This document shows, one piece after another, positions 1-7,847 of a stretch of DNA of 13,055 nucleotides. The DNA comes from a virus. The stretch covers positions 1 to 13,055 of IMG/VR virus record IMGVR_UViG_3300032608_000772; one strand, 5' to 3'. The notes under the pieces are model-generated. The model ran no database searches. It was not told where the DNA came from and was given only the letters and a program-made list of their open reading frames with translations. Made by a program: the position numbers and the translations under genes. Within the stretch, counting starts at the first letter, position 1; each line of letters begins with the position of its first letter.

Positions 1-143
1 CTGTAATGGAAGCTCCCGTCCTTATGTCCCCTTGAGGCCCAGGCGTCTCCGAATGTCAACTCATACCCGCTCTCATATGCGAAAAGTATCAACCTCGCAA
101 CCATGTAAACAAATTTACTTTGTTTTTCCCTGACTGCCCCCAT
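1..143 (-). CDS. Putative M15-family peptidoglycan peptidase (endolysin), N-terminus only; continues past the window start
   Basis: Not in the ORF track. Minus-strand ATG at 143 with upstream GGATGAGGAATAATT. Translation MGAVREKQSKFVYMVARLILFAYESGYELTFGDAWASRGHKDGSFHYR matches the phage M15 peptidase pattern 'REKQSKFV..VA.LI.FAYE.GYELTFGDA....GHK..S.HY.'. Confidence 0.8.
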   Translation of the reverse strand, partial: MGAVREKQSKFVYMVARLILFAYESGYELTFGDAWASRGHKDGSFHY

Positions 144-177
144 AATTATTCCTCATCCCTCCATTCATCTTCATCCT

Positions 178-1059
178 CTAAAATAGCGTTGGCACAGCCT
201 CTCGATATAACTTTGTCCAAAACTTTTTATCGGCATTCGCTCTTGCATTACAACTCCTACATAATGTTATCAAATTATCAGGGTGACAATTTTTCTTGTC
301 GTAATCAATATGATGAATTACTAAATCGCAATTTTTATCCCAACAATCAGGATTTTGACACTTATAATTATCTCTTTCTTTTATGTCTTCTTTAAACTCC
401 TTGTCTCCCCAAACATGACAATACTCTTCTTTAGAACTCCCGCCTTTCCACCTTGGATGGTTACAAGGGGCAGAAAATCTTTCAAAACTTGCCAAACTCA
501 TTTTCAATCTTGTTTTTTCAGAGAATTTTCTTCCTTTATTTGCCAAACTTATTTTTTCTCTAACTTCAGATCGTTTAGCAGGATTATCGTCACCATATAA
601 TCTTGTTGTTTTTATTTTAGCCTTTGTTTCTTCAGAATGTTTCATCCCTTTATGAGCATTAGATATTTTCTCTCGCCATTCTTTTGTTATAACCCTGCCT
701 TTCATTTTCTCACTTATTTTTTCTCTAACTTCAGATCGTTTAGCAGGATTATCATCACCACGAAGAGCTGATTTTTTCAAATTTTCAATGTGAAGTTTGC
801 TTAATTTTTTACCCTTGTGAGCGTTAGATATTTTCTCTATCGACTCTTTAGAATGAGCCTTGCCATAAAAATGATTTTTCTCGCCTTTGTGAGATTCGCT
901 TAATTTCATTTTATGTTCTTTTGAAAGAGACTTTCCAGAATGGCTTTTACTTATCTTTTCTCTAACCCACTTCATTCTTGATGAATGGCCTTTTAAAAAT
1001 CGATTCCCCAACTTGGCATACTCACCACAACCACATTCACATAGAGTTTTATTCTTCAT
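178..1059 (-). CDS. Homing-type HNH endonuclease with NUMOD3-like repeats
   Basis: ORF of 328 aa in the track; the likely start is the internal ATG at 1059 (MKNKTLCECGCGEYAKLGNRFLKGH). Multiple NUMOD3-like motifs (KISKSHSGKSLS, KLSESHKGEKN, KISNAHKGKKLS, KISLANKGRKFS) and a C-terminal HNH motif (RDNYKCQNPDC...LVIHHIDYDKKNCHPDNLITLCRSCNARAN). Confidence 0.9.
   Translation of the reverse strand: MKNKTLCECGCGEYAKLGNRFLKGHSSRMKWVREKISKSHSGKSLSKEHKMKLSESHKGEKNHFYGKAHSKESIEKISNAHKGKKLSKLHIENLKKSALRGDDNPAKRSEVREKISEKMKGRVITKEWREKISNAHKGMKHSEETKAKIKTTRLYGDDNPAKRSEVREKISLANKGRKFSEKTRLKMSLASFERFSAPCNHPRWKGGSSKEEYCHVWGDKEFKEDIKERDNYKCQNPDCWDKNCDLVIHHIDYDKKNCHPDNLITLCRSCNARANADKKFWTKLYREAVPTLF
547..595. 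repeat. Direct repeat copy A inside the HNH gene (encodes part of GDDNPAKRSEVREKIS)
   Basis: acttattttttctctaacttcagatcgtttagcaggattatc identical (42 bp) to 712-753; the next 7 bp differ at one position. Confidence 0.9.
712..760. repeat. Direct repeat copy B inside the HNH gene
   Basis: Same 42-bp string as copy A, offset 165 bp (55 codons, in frame). Confidence 0.9.
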
Positions 1060-2533
1060 CTGACCATTCACTCTCATTGCCCTCATCAATTGCGCCCCAC
1101 TGGTTGGCGGGCGCAATGGGTAGATTAAAAGGCACTTTATAAATATCCATGCCGTCCTCTTCAATAATATTCTGCTCCTCTTCCTCGCTATTAAGTCCCT
1201 CTTTATGTCGCCATGTTTTGCGGGAAAGTATTTTACTCTCGTGTTGAATTTTCCTTGCTTGATTATTCTTCATAATATCTGCAAGGATGAGGGGCGGCCA
1301 TTCAAGTGCGCAGCCCTCTTCTTCGTCTTTTGGGATCTCACCATAATCCTTGCCTGCGGAGATAACCCAAACGAATATTTCATTATAATACCAACCGAAG
1401 AAGTCCTGCCAGTCCTCGATCTCTCTGACAAACGGATTCTGTGCAGTAACAGACGAACTATAATTGGCATTCGAGTAATCAGCGGTGAGCATCATTTCGG
1501 GCATCCCACACCCAGCCGCCACCGCCAATAGCATGGCCCTGCCGTCATCCTTGACATCCGGAGCATTAATATTTGGCGACACCATCTCATACTCAATCCC
1601 CTCGCTGGCCGTAATAACGGTACCAGCGGCAAAAGCCTGCTGTTTATTGCGATCTGCACTTTGGTGCTGCGCCATTTGGGCCTCGCGCAAACTCTCTACC
1701 GTATTGCTCGTGCCCTTCACGGTTTTGATGAGCGCAATCGCCGAACGCACTTTATTAAGGATAATCCTGTCGTCGAGCCAGTTAAGATACTTCGCAATCA
1801 TCGGCAATGCCGTCAATAGTGCGCTCATGCCTCGCTTTACATCACTATCGACGAATATTTTAATGTGGATAATCTCATCGGCCTCGATTGCTTCAATCAG
1901 GTTTCCCTCTGCATCACAGTGATAATACGTCCTCACGTCCTCAACGTCATTCGGATCGGTACCAATACCAAAAGTCACCTGCTCGCCAGCCCGTAAATCC
2001 CCTTCTTTTACGGGATTACGTATTTTTTCAGCCCGCATAAAACGTATTTTCACGTCTCCGTTGTTCTTGTCAACAAAGCGCCGTATAAAAATCTCCCCAT
2101 CTCTGAAAACCCTCTTGACGAGTTCCTTCTCTCGCAGTGACCATTTATTCATCTTGGCAAAATTATCCCAAGTATCTTTCACCTTCTCGTTCTCACTATC
2201 AGGCTTAATAGTCGGTCCCTTGCCAAGAACGAATTTACTCAAGTTCCGAACAATAGCTTTTGCATAGAGGTTTGTGGCGAAAGCCTTATAAGCCACTGCA
2301 AGCATTTCATAGTGGTTATAACCAGTGACATCGCTAATATCACCGCTCTCTGCCCCTATCATAATCCAATTACTATCGCCAGGTTCAGTCGGAACAGGGC
2401 GTTGCGACGGATCTGCCTCTTTCTTAAAAATATTACTGAGTTGTTCTGTAGCAAGTTCGATCCTCGCGAGTTCGAATTTATCCTGCTGTATTTTTAAACT
2501 TCTTCTCGTTCTAAACCCCTCTAAGAGTTTCAT
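1049..2533 (-). CDS. Phage portal protein (lambda-type portal family likely)
   Basis: Track ORF 1049..2551 opens with a TTG; the likely start is ATG at 2533 (MKLLEGFRTRRSLKIQ) with GAGAGG upstream. Portal-like features: GDVKIRFMRAEKIRNP, DEIIHIKIFVDSDVKRGMSALLTALPMI.., NYSNANYSSSVTAQNPFVREIEDWQDFF. Lies directly downstream of the terminase gene. Confidence 0.85.
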   Translation of the reverse strand: MKLLEGFRTRRSLKIQQDKFELARIELATEQLSNIFKKEADPSQRPVPTEPGDSNWIMIGAESGDISDVTGYNHYEMLAVAYKAFATNLYAKAIVRNLSKFVLGKGPTIKPDSENEKVKDTWDNFAKMNKWSLREKELVKRVFRDGEIFIRRFVDKNNGDVKIRFMRAEKIRNPVKEGDLRAGEQVTFGIGTDPNDVEDVRTYYHCDAEGNLIEAIEADEIIHIKIFVDSDVKRGMSALLTALPMIAKYLNWLDDRIILNKVRSAIALIKTVKGTSNTVESLREAQMAQHQSADRNKQQAFAAGTVITASEGIEYEMVSPNINAPDVKDDGRAMLLAVAAGCGMPEMMLTADYSNANYSSSVTAQNPFVREIEDWQDFFGWYYNEIFVWVISAGKDYGEIPKDEEEGCALEWPPLILADIMKNNQARKIQHESKILSRKTWRHKEGLNSEEEEQNIIEEDGMDIYKVPFNLPIAPANQWGAIDEGNESEWSDEE

Positions 2534-2551
2534 ATCGCGCCATCCTCTCAA

Positions 2552-2574
2552 AATATCAAGTTTTACTTGATATT
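2552..2574. repeat. Perfect inverted repeat / hairpin between terminase and portal genes
   Basis: aatatcaagt-ttt-acttgatatt: 10-bp perfect arms, 3-nt loop, in the TerL-portal gap. Confidence 0.7.
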
Positions 2575-2602
2575 ATAACTTATCGAGACCATGTTAACAA
2601 AA

Positions 2603-4447
2603 TTACCTTTTCCTTCTCCTATACCAAAACCCCTCTTGCTCGACCACTTCCTCTGGAGGTATGATAAGGGGCAGGATAATTTGATAGCAGGACTGAATGA
2701 TATATCGAGTAGTGTCGCAACCATGATCGTCAATTTTTAGGGGAACCTTACTTGAAATCTTTCCCTCGTCGGTCCTCGGGTACCTATAGCGACCCATCTC
2801 GACATCGGTCCCTACCAATTCCTCATCTTGACAATCAAGGTAATTCTCAAGGATATAATAATTGCTTTTAAGAGCGCCACCCTCCTCATAGTCAGGCCAC
2901 GTCTCCATGTGCGCGCGCACGAGCTCTATGCCATTCTCAACATCGTTGATTGCAGAGTATGTATTAATTTTATAGAGATTTAGGAGATCGATGCGGGCCT
3001 GCTTGGCAGAGGGATCGGCGAAGATGATCTCCTGCGCCGCCCACGCGGGCGAGGCCTTAATCCTCCGACTATGTCCCTCGATAGTATCTGCACCTGAGCG
3101 GTATTCATAAAAAATATAGAATGTCAATTTATATGACAATTCTCTACCTGGTTCGGTATCGTCAAGGGCTCTAAAGATATCGCTATAATCCACATACGCC
3201 TTCTGATAGACAAATGGGTGCCCTGGAGACGAACCAAAGTCGATCGCCGACATGACGAGAACATTACTCATCGGTACAATGCTGAGGCTATTACCAAAAT
3301 GGACTTCCCTATTCCACTGCGCTCCGTAGACTAACTCGACAGTGGAGGGCCTTTTACAGAACCACTGTGCATCAAGGACGGGGGTGCTAATACTCCTCGC
3401 CTTATCGATCCAGTCGTCAATCTTATAGTGCCCTGAGCAGTGGTGGGCCATCCCCCTACATTTCTCGAAGATCGGGCAGTCACCGCGCACCTCGTCACCC
3501 CTACACTCACGCTCGCACTTCTCAAGGATCTCCCATATACACCAGCAATAGATCTTCCACCCCTTATCCTCCGCCTCGTTTAGGAGTCGTTGAAACGTGC
3601 CGACGTCGTACTTCCTCGTCGACAGAAAGGTGTTCTGCCCCATGATGTCCCTGCCATCCTCAGTGGTTTTAGACATCGACATCGATAGGCCCTCCTGCAG
3701 AACTCCCCAGTCCATTAGTTCAACCTCGTCGATGCGCGCCTTCTGCGGATGTGGACTGTTCAGCCCTTTAATCGACCCCGTGACCACCTCCTGGAAGGAG
3801 TTATTGACATAGGTAGTTGAGCCCCTCGTTGGCGGCCTCTCGCACATCGCTGAGATAGTAGGGTGACGGTGAAACGCGACGAAATATTTATACACCTTTC
3901 CGGCTTGATCGAGGGTCGAGCCGGCAGACGCTACCTCACAATCCGCTTTGAACGCCATGTCAAGGTGATTGAGGATGGCCACCTCCGTCGTCTTCCCACC
4001 CGTTCTATTAGCGAAGGCAATAGAGTTTCGCGTCCGCTCAAAGAACATGTCGCTAATATAATCAAATGGAGCGGCGTGAGGGTAGTCGAATTTATCGAAT
4101 TCCTCATTGTGTAGCTTGCATACCGCGCGTCGCTGTATCTTAAAGCCGAGAAATTCTAGAATATACCACCACAGTATCTCGTCGTCCCCTATCCCATACT
4201 TCAACAGCGCCCTGAATAGTCGCGGATGGCTGTTCCTCCTGCGATGCCTCAGGTCAAAGTCCTCCCTCAGAAGTCGCGTGAAGTACTGGAACTTCAGCGC
4301 ATCCGCGATGACCCCACCTCCGTCAAACCAGCTGTCTGGCAGGTGGAGGTGCTCGATGTAATACTCTATCGACGAGCAGAGAGCTTTCCAATGTGGAATG
4401 CCCTCGACACCCTCCAGAAACTCCCTAGACACTCCGATCTCAGGCAT
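2603..4447 (-). CDS. terL: Terminase large subunit
   Basis: Walker-A-like [12 protein letters not shown], Walker-B-like [11 protein letters not shown], nuclease-type acidic motifs [11 protein letters not shown] / IFADPS / [14 protein letters not shown]. Track start is 4468; an ATG at 4447 overlaps the upstream stop (ATGCCTGA). Confidence 0.9.
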   Translation of the reverse strand: MPEIGVSREFLEGVEGIPHWKALCSSIEYYIEHLHLPDSWFDGGGVIADALKFQYFTRLLREDFDLRHRRRNSHPRLFRALLKYGIGDDEILWWYILEFLGFKIQRRAVCKLHNEEFDKFDYPHAAPFDYISDMFFERTRNSIAFANRTGGKTTEVAILNHLDMAFKADCEVASAGSTLDQAGKVYKYFVAFHRHPTISAMCERPPTRGSTTYVNNSFQEVVTGSIKGLNSPHPQKARIDEVELMDWGVLQEGLSMSMSKTTEDGRDIMGQNTFLSTRKYDVGTFQRLLNEAEDKGWKIYCWCIWEILEKCERECRGDEVRGDCPIFEKCRGMAHHCSGHYKIDDWIDKARSISTPVLDAQWFCKRPSTVELVYGAQWNREVHFGNSLSIVPMSNVLVMSAIDFGSSPGHPFVYQKAYVDYSDIFRALDDTEPGRELSYKLTFYIFYEYRSGADTIEGHSRRIKASPAWAAQEIIFADPSAKQARIDLLNLYKINTYSAINDVENGIELVRAHMETWPDYEEGGALKSNYYILENYLDCQDEELVGTDVEMGRYRYPRTDEGKISSKVPLKIDDHGCDTTRYIIQSCYQIILPLIIPPEEVVEQEGFWYRRRKR

Positions 4448-4763
4448 CGTCGTCGACGTCCTCTGCAAGTATGCGTACGATAGGCAGTTGCTCCCCCTCT
4501 TCCGTGTCTATAAACTCGTCGTGTGTCATCATCACCTCGATGCACTCGAATAGGAAGTCGCACCTATACCTCCTAACCTTCGCATCAATGGGTAGAAGGG
4601 TGTCGTCCTTGAGCTTCCCTCTCAGCTTGCCCATAGCCGTCTTGATGGAGCCGTCGTAGTAGTCACCGCTCTCTATCGCTTCGATCATCCTCTCCGCGCC
4701 CTTAGAGCCGAGCGCCCTCGCAAGTGCCACATTCGTAATGCTGTAGATTTTCTTTCCCATCAT
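4440..4763 (-). CDS. Small phage protein upstream of terL, unknown function
   Basis: Track ORF of 138 aa, but the likely start is ATG 4763 ([33 protein letters not shown]...), preceded by GGGAGGAGAA and overlapping the previous stop as TAATG. Confidence 0.65.
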   Translation of the reverse strand: MMGKKIYSITNVALARALGSKGAERMIEAIESGDYYDGSIKTAMGKLRGKLKDDTLLPIDAKVRRYRCDFLFECIEVMMTHDEFIDTEEGEQLPIVRILAEDVDDDA

Positions 4764-4981
4764 TATTCTCCTCCCTTCATAATCTTTGGGTATACAAATT
4801 CGTAGGTGGCTGGCATCTTTATAATGCGCCACTCGCTGCCCGGAATAGTTTGCCATCCATCACTTTCTACCCGCGGAGTCCAGTAGATCTTTTTCAGTCG
4901 ATCCCCAATGAGTCCTATCAATTCATCATCCTCGTTTAAAAGTCTTTTCAGCCTATCGATATCCATAGTGCCGTCCTCCAT
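4763..4981 (-). CDS. Small acidic phage protein, unknown function
   Basis: 72-aa ORF (MEDGTMDIDRLKRLLNEDDELIGLIGDRL...) coupled by TAATG to the next gene. Confidence 0.55.
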   Translation of the reverse strand: MEDGTMDIDRLKRLLNEDDELIGLIGDRLKKIYWTPRVESDGWQTIPGSEWRIIKMPATYEFVYPKIMKGGE

Positions 4982-5296
4982 GATTTAAAAAATAAGAGTA
5001 AAAAACAGTTACGATATATTTGGGATGCCCCCAATCCACCCCCGCCCCCCACCCTCTGTTTCGAATGTAGGGCGCCCGCCCCTTACCCTGCAATAGTTTG
5101 TACCTCACTACCCGCATTGGCTATTGGCTGTCAGCGGATCCAGTGGGGCTGTGACAGGGCTTGGTTGGCCAATGAATGAAAGGGAATCCCCTCCACCTTC
5201 CCTCCTCCCTCTTCCCTACTCCTCCCCTCTTCTCTCTTCCCATCGCTATTCCTCCCTGCCAACCATCATTATACGCCAACGCCAACACCACGCTCC

Positions 5297-5851
5297 TCAT
5301 CTCCTCTCTGTCTCCCCCTTAACCTCCATTCTCCTAAAAATAGATTTCTTCCCCTCCTCCTTTCTGTCTCCCCCCGGCTGCGTAGTCTCCTCAAGCTCTA
5401 ACGTCACCGTCCTCCTATCCCTCTGCTCTATTGGATCGTACCGTTCCAGCAACTCCATCAAATGCTTCCACGGTACTCTTCCCTCATTCACTGCTCTCAC
5501 TGCGGCTCTAAAGCTCGCCTCTCCTAACTCAGTCCTCAGCAGATCAAATCGATAGAGGGGCTCTCCTCTAAGCAGCCTTATCCTCTGCTGCACGAGGGGG
5601 ACGCTCTGCAAATATCTAACTACCTTATCTGTACCTATCCGCAGAGCGTCGGCGATCTCAGAGGGAGAATACCCTGCGTGAGTCCTCTGCGCTACCTCCT
5701 CCATCTCGGGGGTCAATATAGTAGCATCCTCGAGGGTAGGCCTCCCTGGCCTCTTCGCTCTACCAGCGACAACCTCCGCTACTCGAGGAGGCTCAATGAT
5801 GGAGGGGCTGCTCTCTTTTCTCCGCTTGATTTTAGGTCTCTCATCAGCCAT
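5297..5851 (-). CDS. Putative HTH DNA-binding protein, possible terminase small subunit
   Basis: 184 aa; HTH-like stretch VAQRTHAGYSPSEIADALRIGTDKVVRYLQSV; SD-like AAAGGAAT before the start; located upstream of terL. Confidence 0.55.
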   Translation of the reverse strand: MADERPKIKRRKESSPSIIEPPRVAEVVAGRAKRPGRPTLEDATILTPEMEEVAQRTHAGYSPSEIADALRIGTDKVVRYLQSVPLVQQRIRLLRGEPLYRFDLLRTELGEASFRAAVRAVNEGRVPWKHLMELLERYDPIEQRDRRTVTLELEETTQPGGDRKEEGKKSIFRRMEVKGETERR

Positions 5852-5988
5852 TTTTATTCCTTTAAAACCCTTTTTATCCTAGGGGGCTGAATTAATTGGC
5901 ATTTATTTTCCATCTCTTTGAGTATTCCTGATAATTAAGCGGCCATTTTTAAGTGAGCGAGAGGGAATCTCCTCCCCCTGCACATAGC

Positions 5989-6360
5989 CTACTCCTCCAC
6001 GAGAAAGAGGCTGTCCTCCTCGAGGTCGAGTAGCACGCCCCGTGAAGGAGTATCATCACATTTAATGCAATGTGATATTAATCTCTTCACTTCAATTGCC
6101 CTCATCACTCGGCCCCCCACTCCATCCCCCGCTCTCTTTATTAGAATCCTCAATTCCTCAATATTAGCGCCAAACCCCCTGCAGATATCGGAGAACAGTA
6201 TTTCACTATCCTGAGAGTCGAGGAATAGCCAATTAAAAGCACTCTGGTATTCCCCTAAAACCCCCTTCGATTGGCTATCACTGCTCCGACAACCGTAGAG
6301 GTAATCGTTTATCGCTCTCTCTACTATCTTAATCCAAATCGTTTCGTTGAATGCTGTCAT
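5989..6360 (-). CDS. Small phage protein of unknown function
   Basis: 123 aa; LGEYQSAFNWLFLDSQDSEILFSDICRGFGANIEELRILI resembles small phage proteins found upstream of packaging genes. Confidence 0.6.
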   Translation of the reverse strand: MTAFNETIWIKIVERAINDYLYGCRSSDSQSKGVLGEYQSAFNWLFLDSQDSEILFSDICRGFGANIEELRILIKRAGDGVGGRVMRAIEVKRLISHCIKCDDTPSRGVLLDLEEDSLFLVEE

Positions 6361-6412
6361 TTCATTTCATTCTGCGAATCCGTGGTTGGGTGTCCCAGCA
6401 TAGCCAACGCCA

Positions 6413-6622
6413 TCAATTTCCTCCACCTCTTCTATTTATCTCAGGCAAATGCACACTTCTTCCAGTAGCACCAGACTGTTTCGTTAAATCATCGTTAGAA
6501 TGTCCGAGTTTGCATTCTCTATTTATCTCAGCCTCCAACATTTCTATTCGCTCAATCTGCCAATCGGCGAGGATATCAAACACCATTTCGCCGGAGGTGC
6601 CTCTAATTAGAGCCTCGTCCAT
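6413..6622 (-). CDS. Hypothetical small protein
   Basis: 69-aa ORF on the operon strand; start overlaps the Cys-rich micro-ORF 6603-6701. Confidence 0.4.
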   Translation of the reverse strand: MDEALIRGTSGEMVFDILADWQIERIEMLEAEINRECKLGHSNDDLTKQSGATGRSVHLPEINRRGGGN

Positions 6623-6701
6623 CCATGCAACTCATGCAATTATCGGGGAGCGGGAACTTCACATCATGTTTACAACTCCAACAACTTTTTTCTGACGACA
6701 T
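6603..6701 (-). CDS. Cys-rich microprotein, 32 aa, two CxxC motifs
   Basis: Hand translation from ATG 6701: MSSEKSCWSCKHDVKFPLPDNCMSCMDGRGSN*. SD-like AAAGGAA upstream. Starts 17 nt after attC-like element E1. Confidence 0.5.
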   Translation of the reverse strand: MSSEKSCWSCKHDVKFPLPDNCMSCMDGRGSN

Positions 6702-6717
6702 CTCATATTCCTTTCAA

Positions 6718-6772
6718 GCCGAATGGTTAGATCAGCGGCGCTTTTCGCGTCGGCTGAATCAACTTGTTATGC
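6718..6772 (-). repeat. attC-like imperfect palindrome E1
   Basis: Minus strand: GCATAAC-AAGTTGATTCAGCCGACGCG-AAAA-GCGCCGCTGATCTAACC-ATTCGGC. Arms GATTCAGC / GCTGATC differ by one unpaired base. Confidence 0.5.
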
Positions 6773-6773
6773 T

Positions 6774-6989
6774 TTAATTTGCATGCGGCAATGATTCATG
6801 TCTAATTACACCACGCCAATTTTGACCTCTACCTTGACCATAAGAAACTGCGTTTTCATGTTTTACTATTTTGAGATCCAATATGCGTAACACCGCTTCT
6901 AATTGCTTAATGTGCTTTCCATTTCAAGATCCCTTGCATAATTCACCAACCTTACTTCCGCAATGGTGACACTCTACCTTTAAATTCAT
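6774..6989 (-). pseudogene. Cys-rich small ORF interrupted by one in-frame TGA
   Basis: MNLKVECHHCGSKVGELCKGS*NGKHIKQLEAVLRILDLKIVKHENAVSYGQGRGQNWRGVIRHESLPHAN*. The stop TGA is at 6924-6926; the terminal TAA sits immediately before E1. In-frame ATGs exist upstream to 7013. Confidence 0.5.
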
Positions 6990-7077
6990 GCCCATCAGCA
7001 TCTCCTGAAGCATAATGGTGAAGTGAGCGGTTGCGGGGCCGTGTCACGGGTATGGAATTGAACCATATTGAGCACTA

Positions 7078-7338
7078 TTACCCACCAGGGATTCCCGCTA
7101 ACCCCGCAATCCGCTCGACTGACTTGTTAGATTTTATTTTCATTTCAAGATCCCTTATTTTCATCTCAAGACCCCTTATTTTGTCTTCATCTCGAATGGC
7201 TTCAAGTGTGGCTTCTACAGCATATTTCTGTAAAGCAGCACAATATTGACCCATATTTATCAGTCCCGGGATTGGCTCATTATTGTGATCCCATCCTAAA
7301 GGTGTGCCCCGAAAATCTTCCTTATGTGGTATTTCCAT
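7078..7338 (-). CDS. Hypothetical protein with a coiled-coil-like C-terminal half
   Basis: 86 aa; strong SD AAGGAGG before ATG 7338; heptad-like KIRGLEMKIRDLEMKIKSNK. Confidence 0.6.
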   Translation of the reverse strand: MEIPHKEDFRGTPLGWDHNNEPIPGLINMGQYCAALQKYAVEATLEAIRDEDKIRGLEMKIRDLEMKIKSNKSVERIAGLAGIPGG

Positions 7339-7351
7339 AAAACCTCCTTAA

Positions 7352-7409
7352 ACATAATGTTTAGCTGACCTGCCGTTCGTCTCCGGTCGGGTCTGGCGGC
7401 TTGTTAGAT
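7352..7409 (-). repeat. attC-like element E0 (more diverged)
   Basis: Minus strand: ATCTAAC-AAGCCGCCAGACCCGACCGG...GGCAGGTCAGCTAAAC-ATTATGT. The stop of the upstream ORF (TAA in GCTAAAC) falls inside it; the next gene starts right after. Confidence 0.35.
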
Positions 7410-7552
7410 TGCTTAAAGTGCTCGCCTCCACATGGTGGCCTATACGGAAAAACAATATACCTTGCCGAGCCACGTTTTAGACATCTCATGCTGGATGGTT
7501 CATCTTCGCGTTTATCGAAAACGGTAAACCATATACAATTCTTACAATTCAT
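7361..7552 (-). CDS. Small Cys-rich protein
   Basis: Track ORF starts at TTG 7564; ATG 7552 with GAGG upstream gives MNCKNCIWFTVFDKREDEPSSMRCLKRGSARYIVFPYRPPCGGEHFKQ...; CxxC plus two further Cys. Confidence 0.55.
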   Translation of the reverse strand: MNCKNCIWFTVFDKREDEPSSMRCLKRGSARYIVFPYRPPCGGEHFKQSNKPPDPTGDERQVS

Positions 7553-7567
7553 GCTCATCCTCAAGCA

Positions 7568-7691
7568 GCCTAATGGTTAGATCAGCGGCGGGCTACTGAT
7601 ATGCCCCACAATCAGGGCAGTAGCGATGACCACCAACCTTCATCATACGATGATGCGAACATTTACCGTCCGCTGAATCGGCAGGTTGGGG
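7568..7691 (-). repeat. attC-like element E2
   Basis: Minus strand: CCCCAAC-CTGCC-GATTCAGCGGACG ... CGCCGCTGATC-TAACC-ATTAGGC. Shares the 19-mer AATGGTTAGATCAGCGGCG (plus strand) exactly with E1 and E3; internal hairpin GCTACTG...CAGTAGC. Confidence 0.5.
7593..7646 (-). CDS. Possible 17-aa CxxC micro-ORF inside E2
   Basis: ATG ATG AAG GTT... = MMKVGGHRYCPDCGAYQ*, start overlapping the stop of the preceding ORF. Confidence 0.3.
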   Translation of the reverse strand: MMKVGGHRYCPDCGAYQ

Positions 7692-7840
7692 GCATCAGGC
7701 GACAAGATACCCCGGCAAAAAGTTATTGCCTCCCTCGCATCGTCTTGTGCTTGTTCGTGCTTCATTTCCATAGAACTTTCAAGCTGTTTGATAGTGTCTA
7801 TTAAAAATCGCTTAACAGCTTCAATATATGGGTTATACAT
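7643..7840 (-). CDS. Hypothetical small protein
   Basis: 65 aa (MYNPYIEAVKRFLIDTIKQLESSMEMKHEQAQDDAREAITFCRGILSPDAPN...); SD GGGAGG overlaps the outer box of E3. Confidence 0.55.
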   Translation of the reverse strand: MYNPYIEAVKRFLIDTIKQLESSMEMKHEQAQDDAREAITFCRGILSPDAPNLPIQRTVNVRIIV

Positions 7841-7847
7841 TTCAGCC

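Noticed and set aside
178-1164. Group I intron or intein interrupting the portal gene
   Set aside because: The portal ORF ends naturally with a stop overlapping the HNH start, and the next gene begins with its own SD and ATG; no split exon is visible.
3331-3525. Shadow ORFs inside terL (3331-3525, 4366-4563)
   Set aside because: Out of frame within a clearly coding gene and without independent support.
4440-4981. Programmed frameshift joining the 72-aa and 107-aa ORFs upstream of terL
   Set aside because: Clear TAATG coupling with a strong SD explains the overlap; no slippery sequence was seen.
5124-5555. 143-aa plus-strand ORF rich in Ser/Leu/Pro
   Set aside because: Antisense to the HTH gene and driven by the pyrimidine-rich tract; low-complexity translation and opposite to all supported genes.
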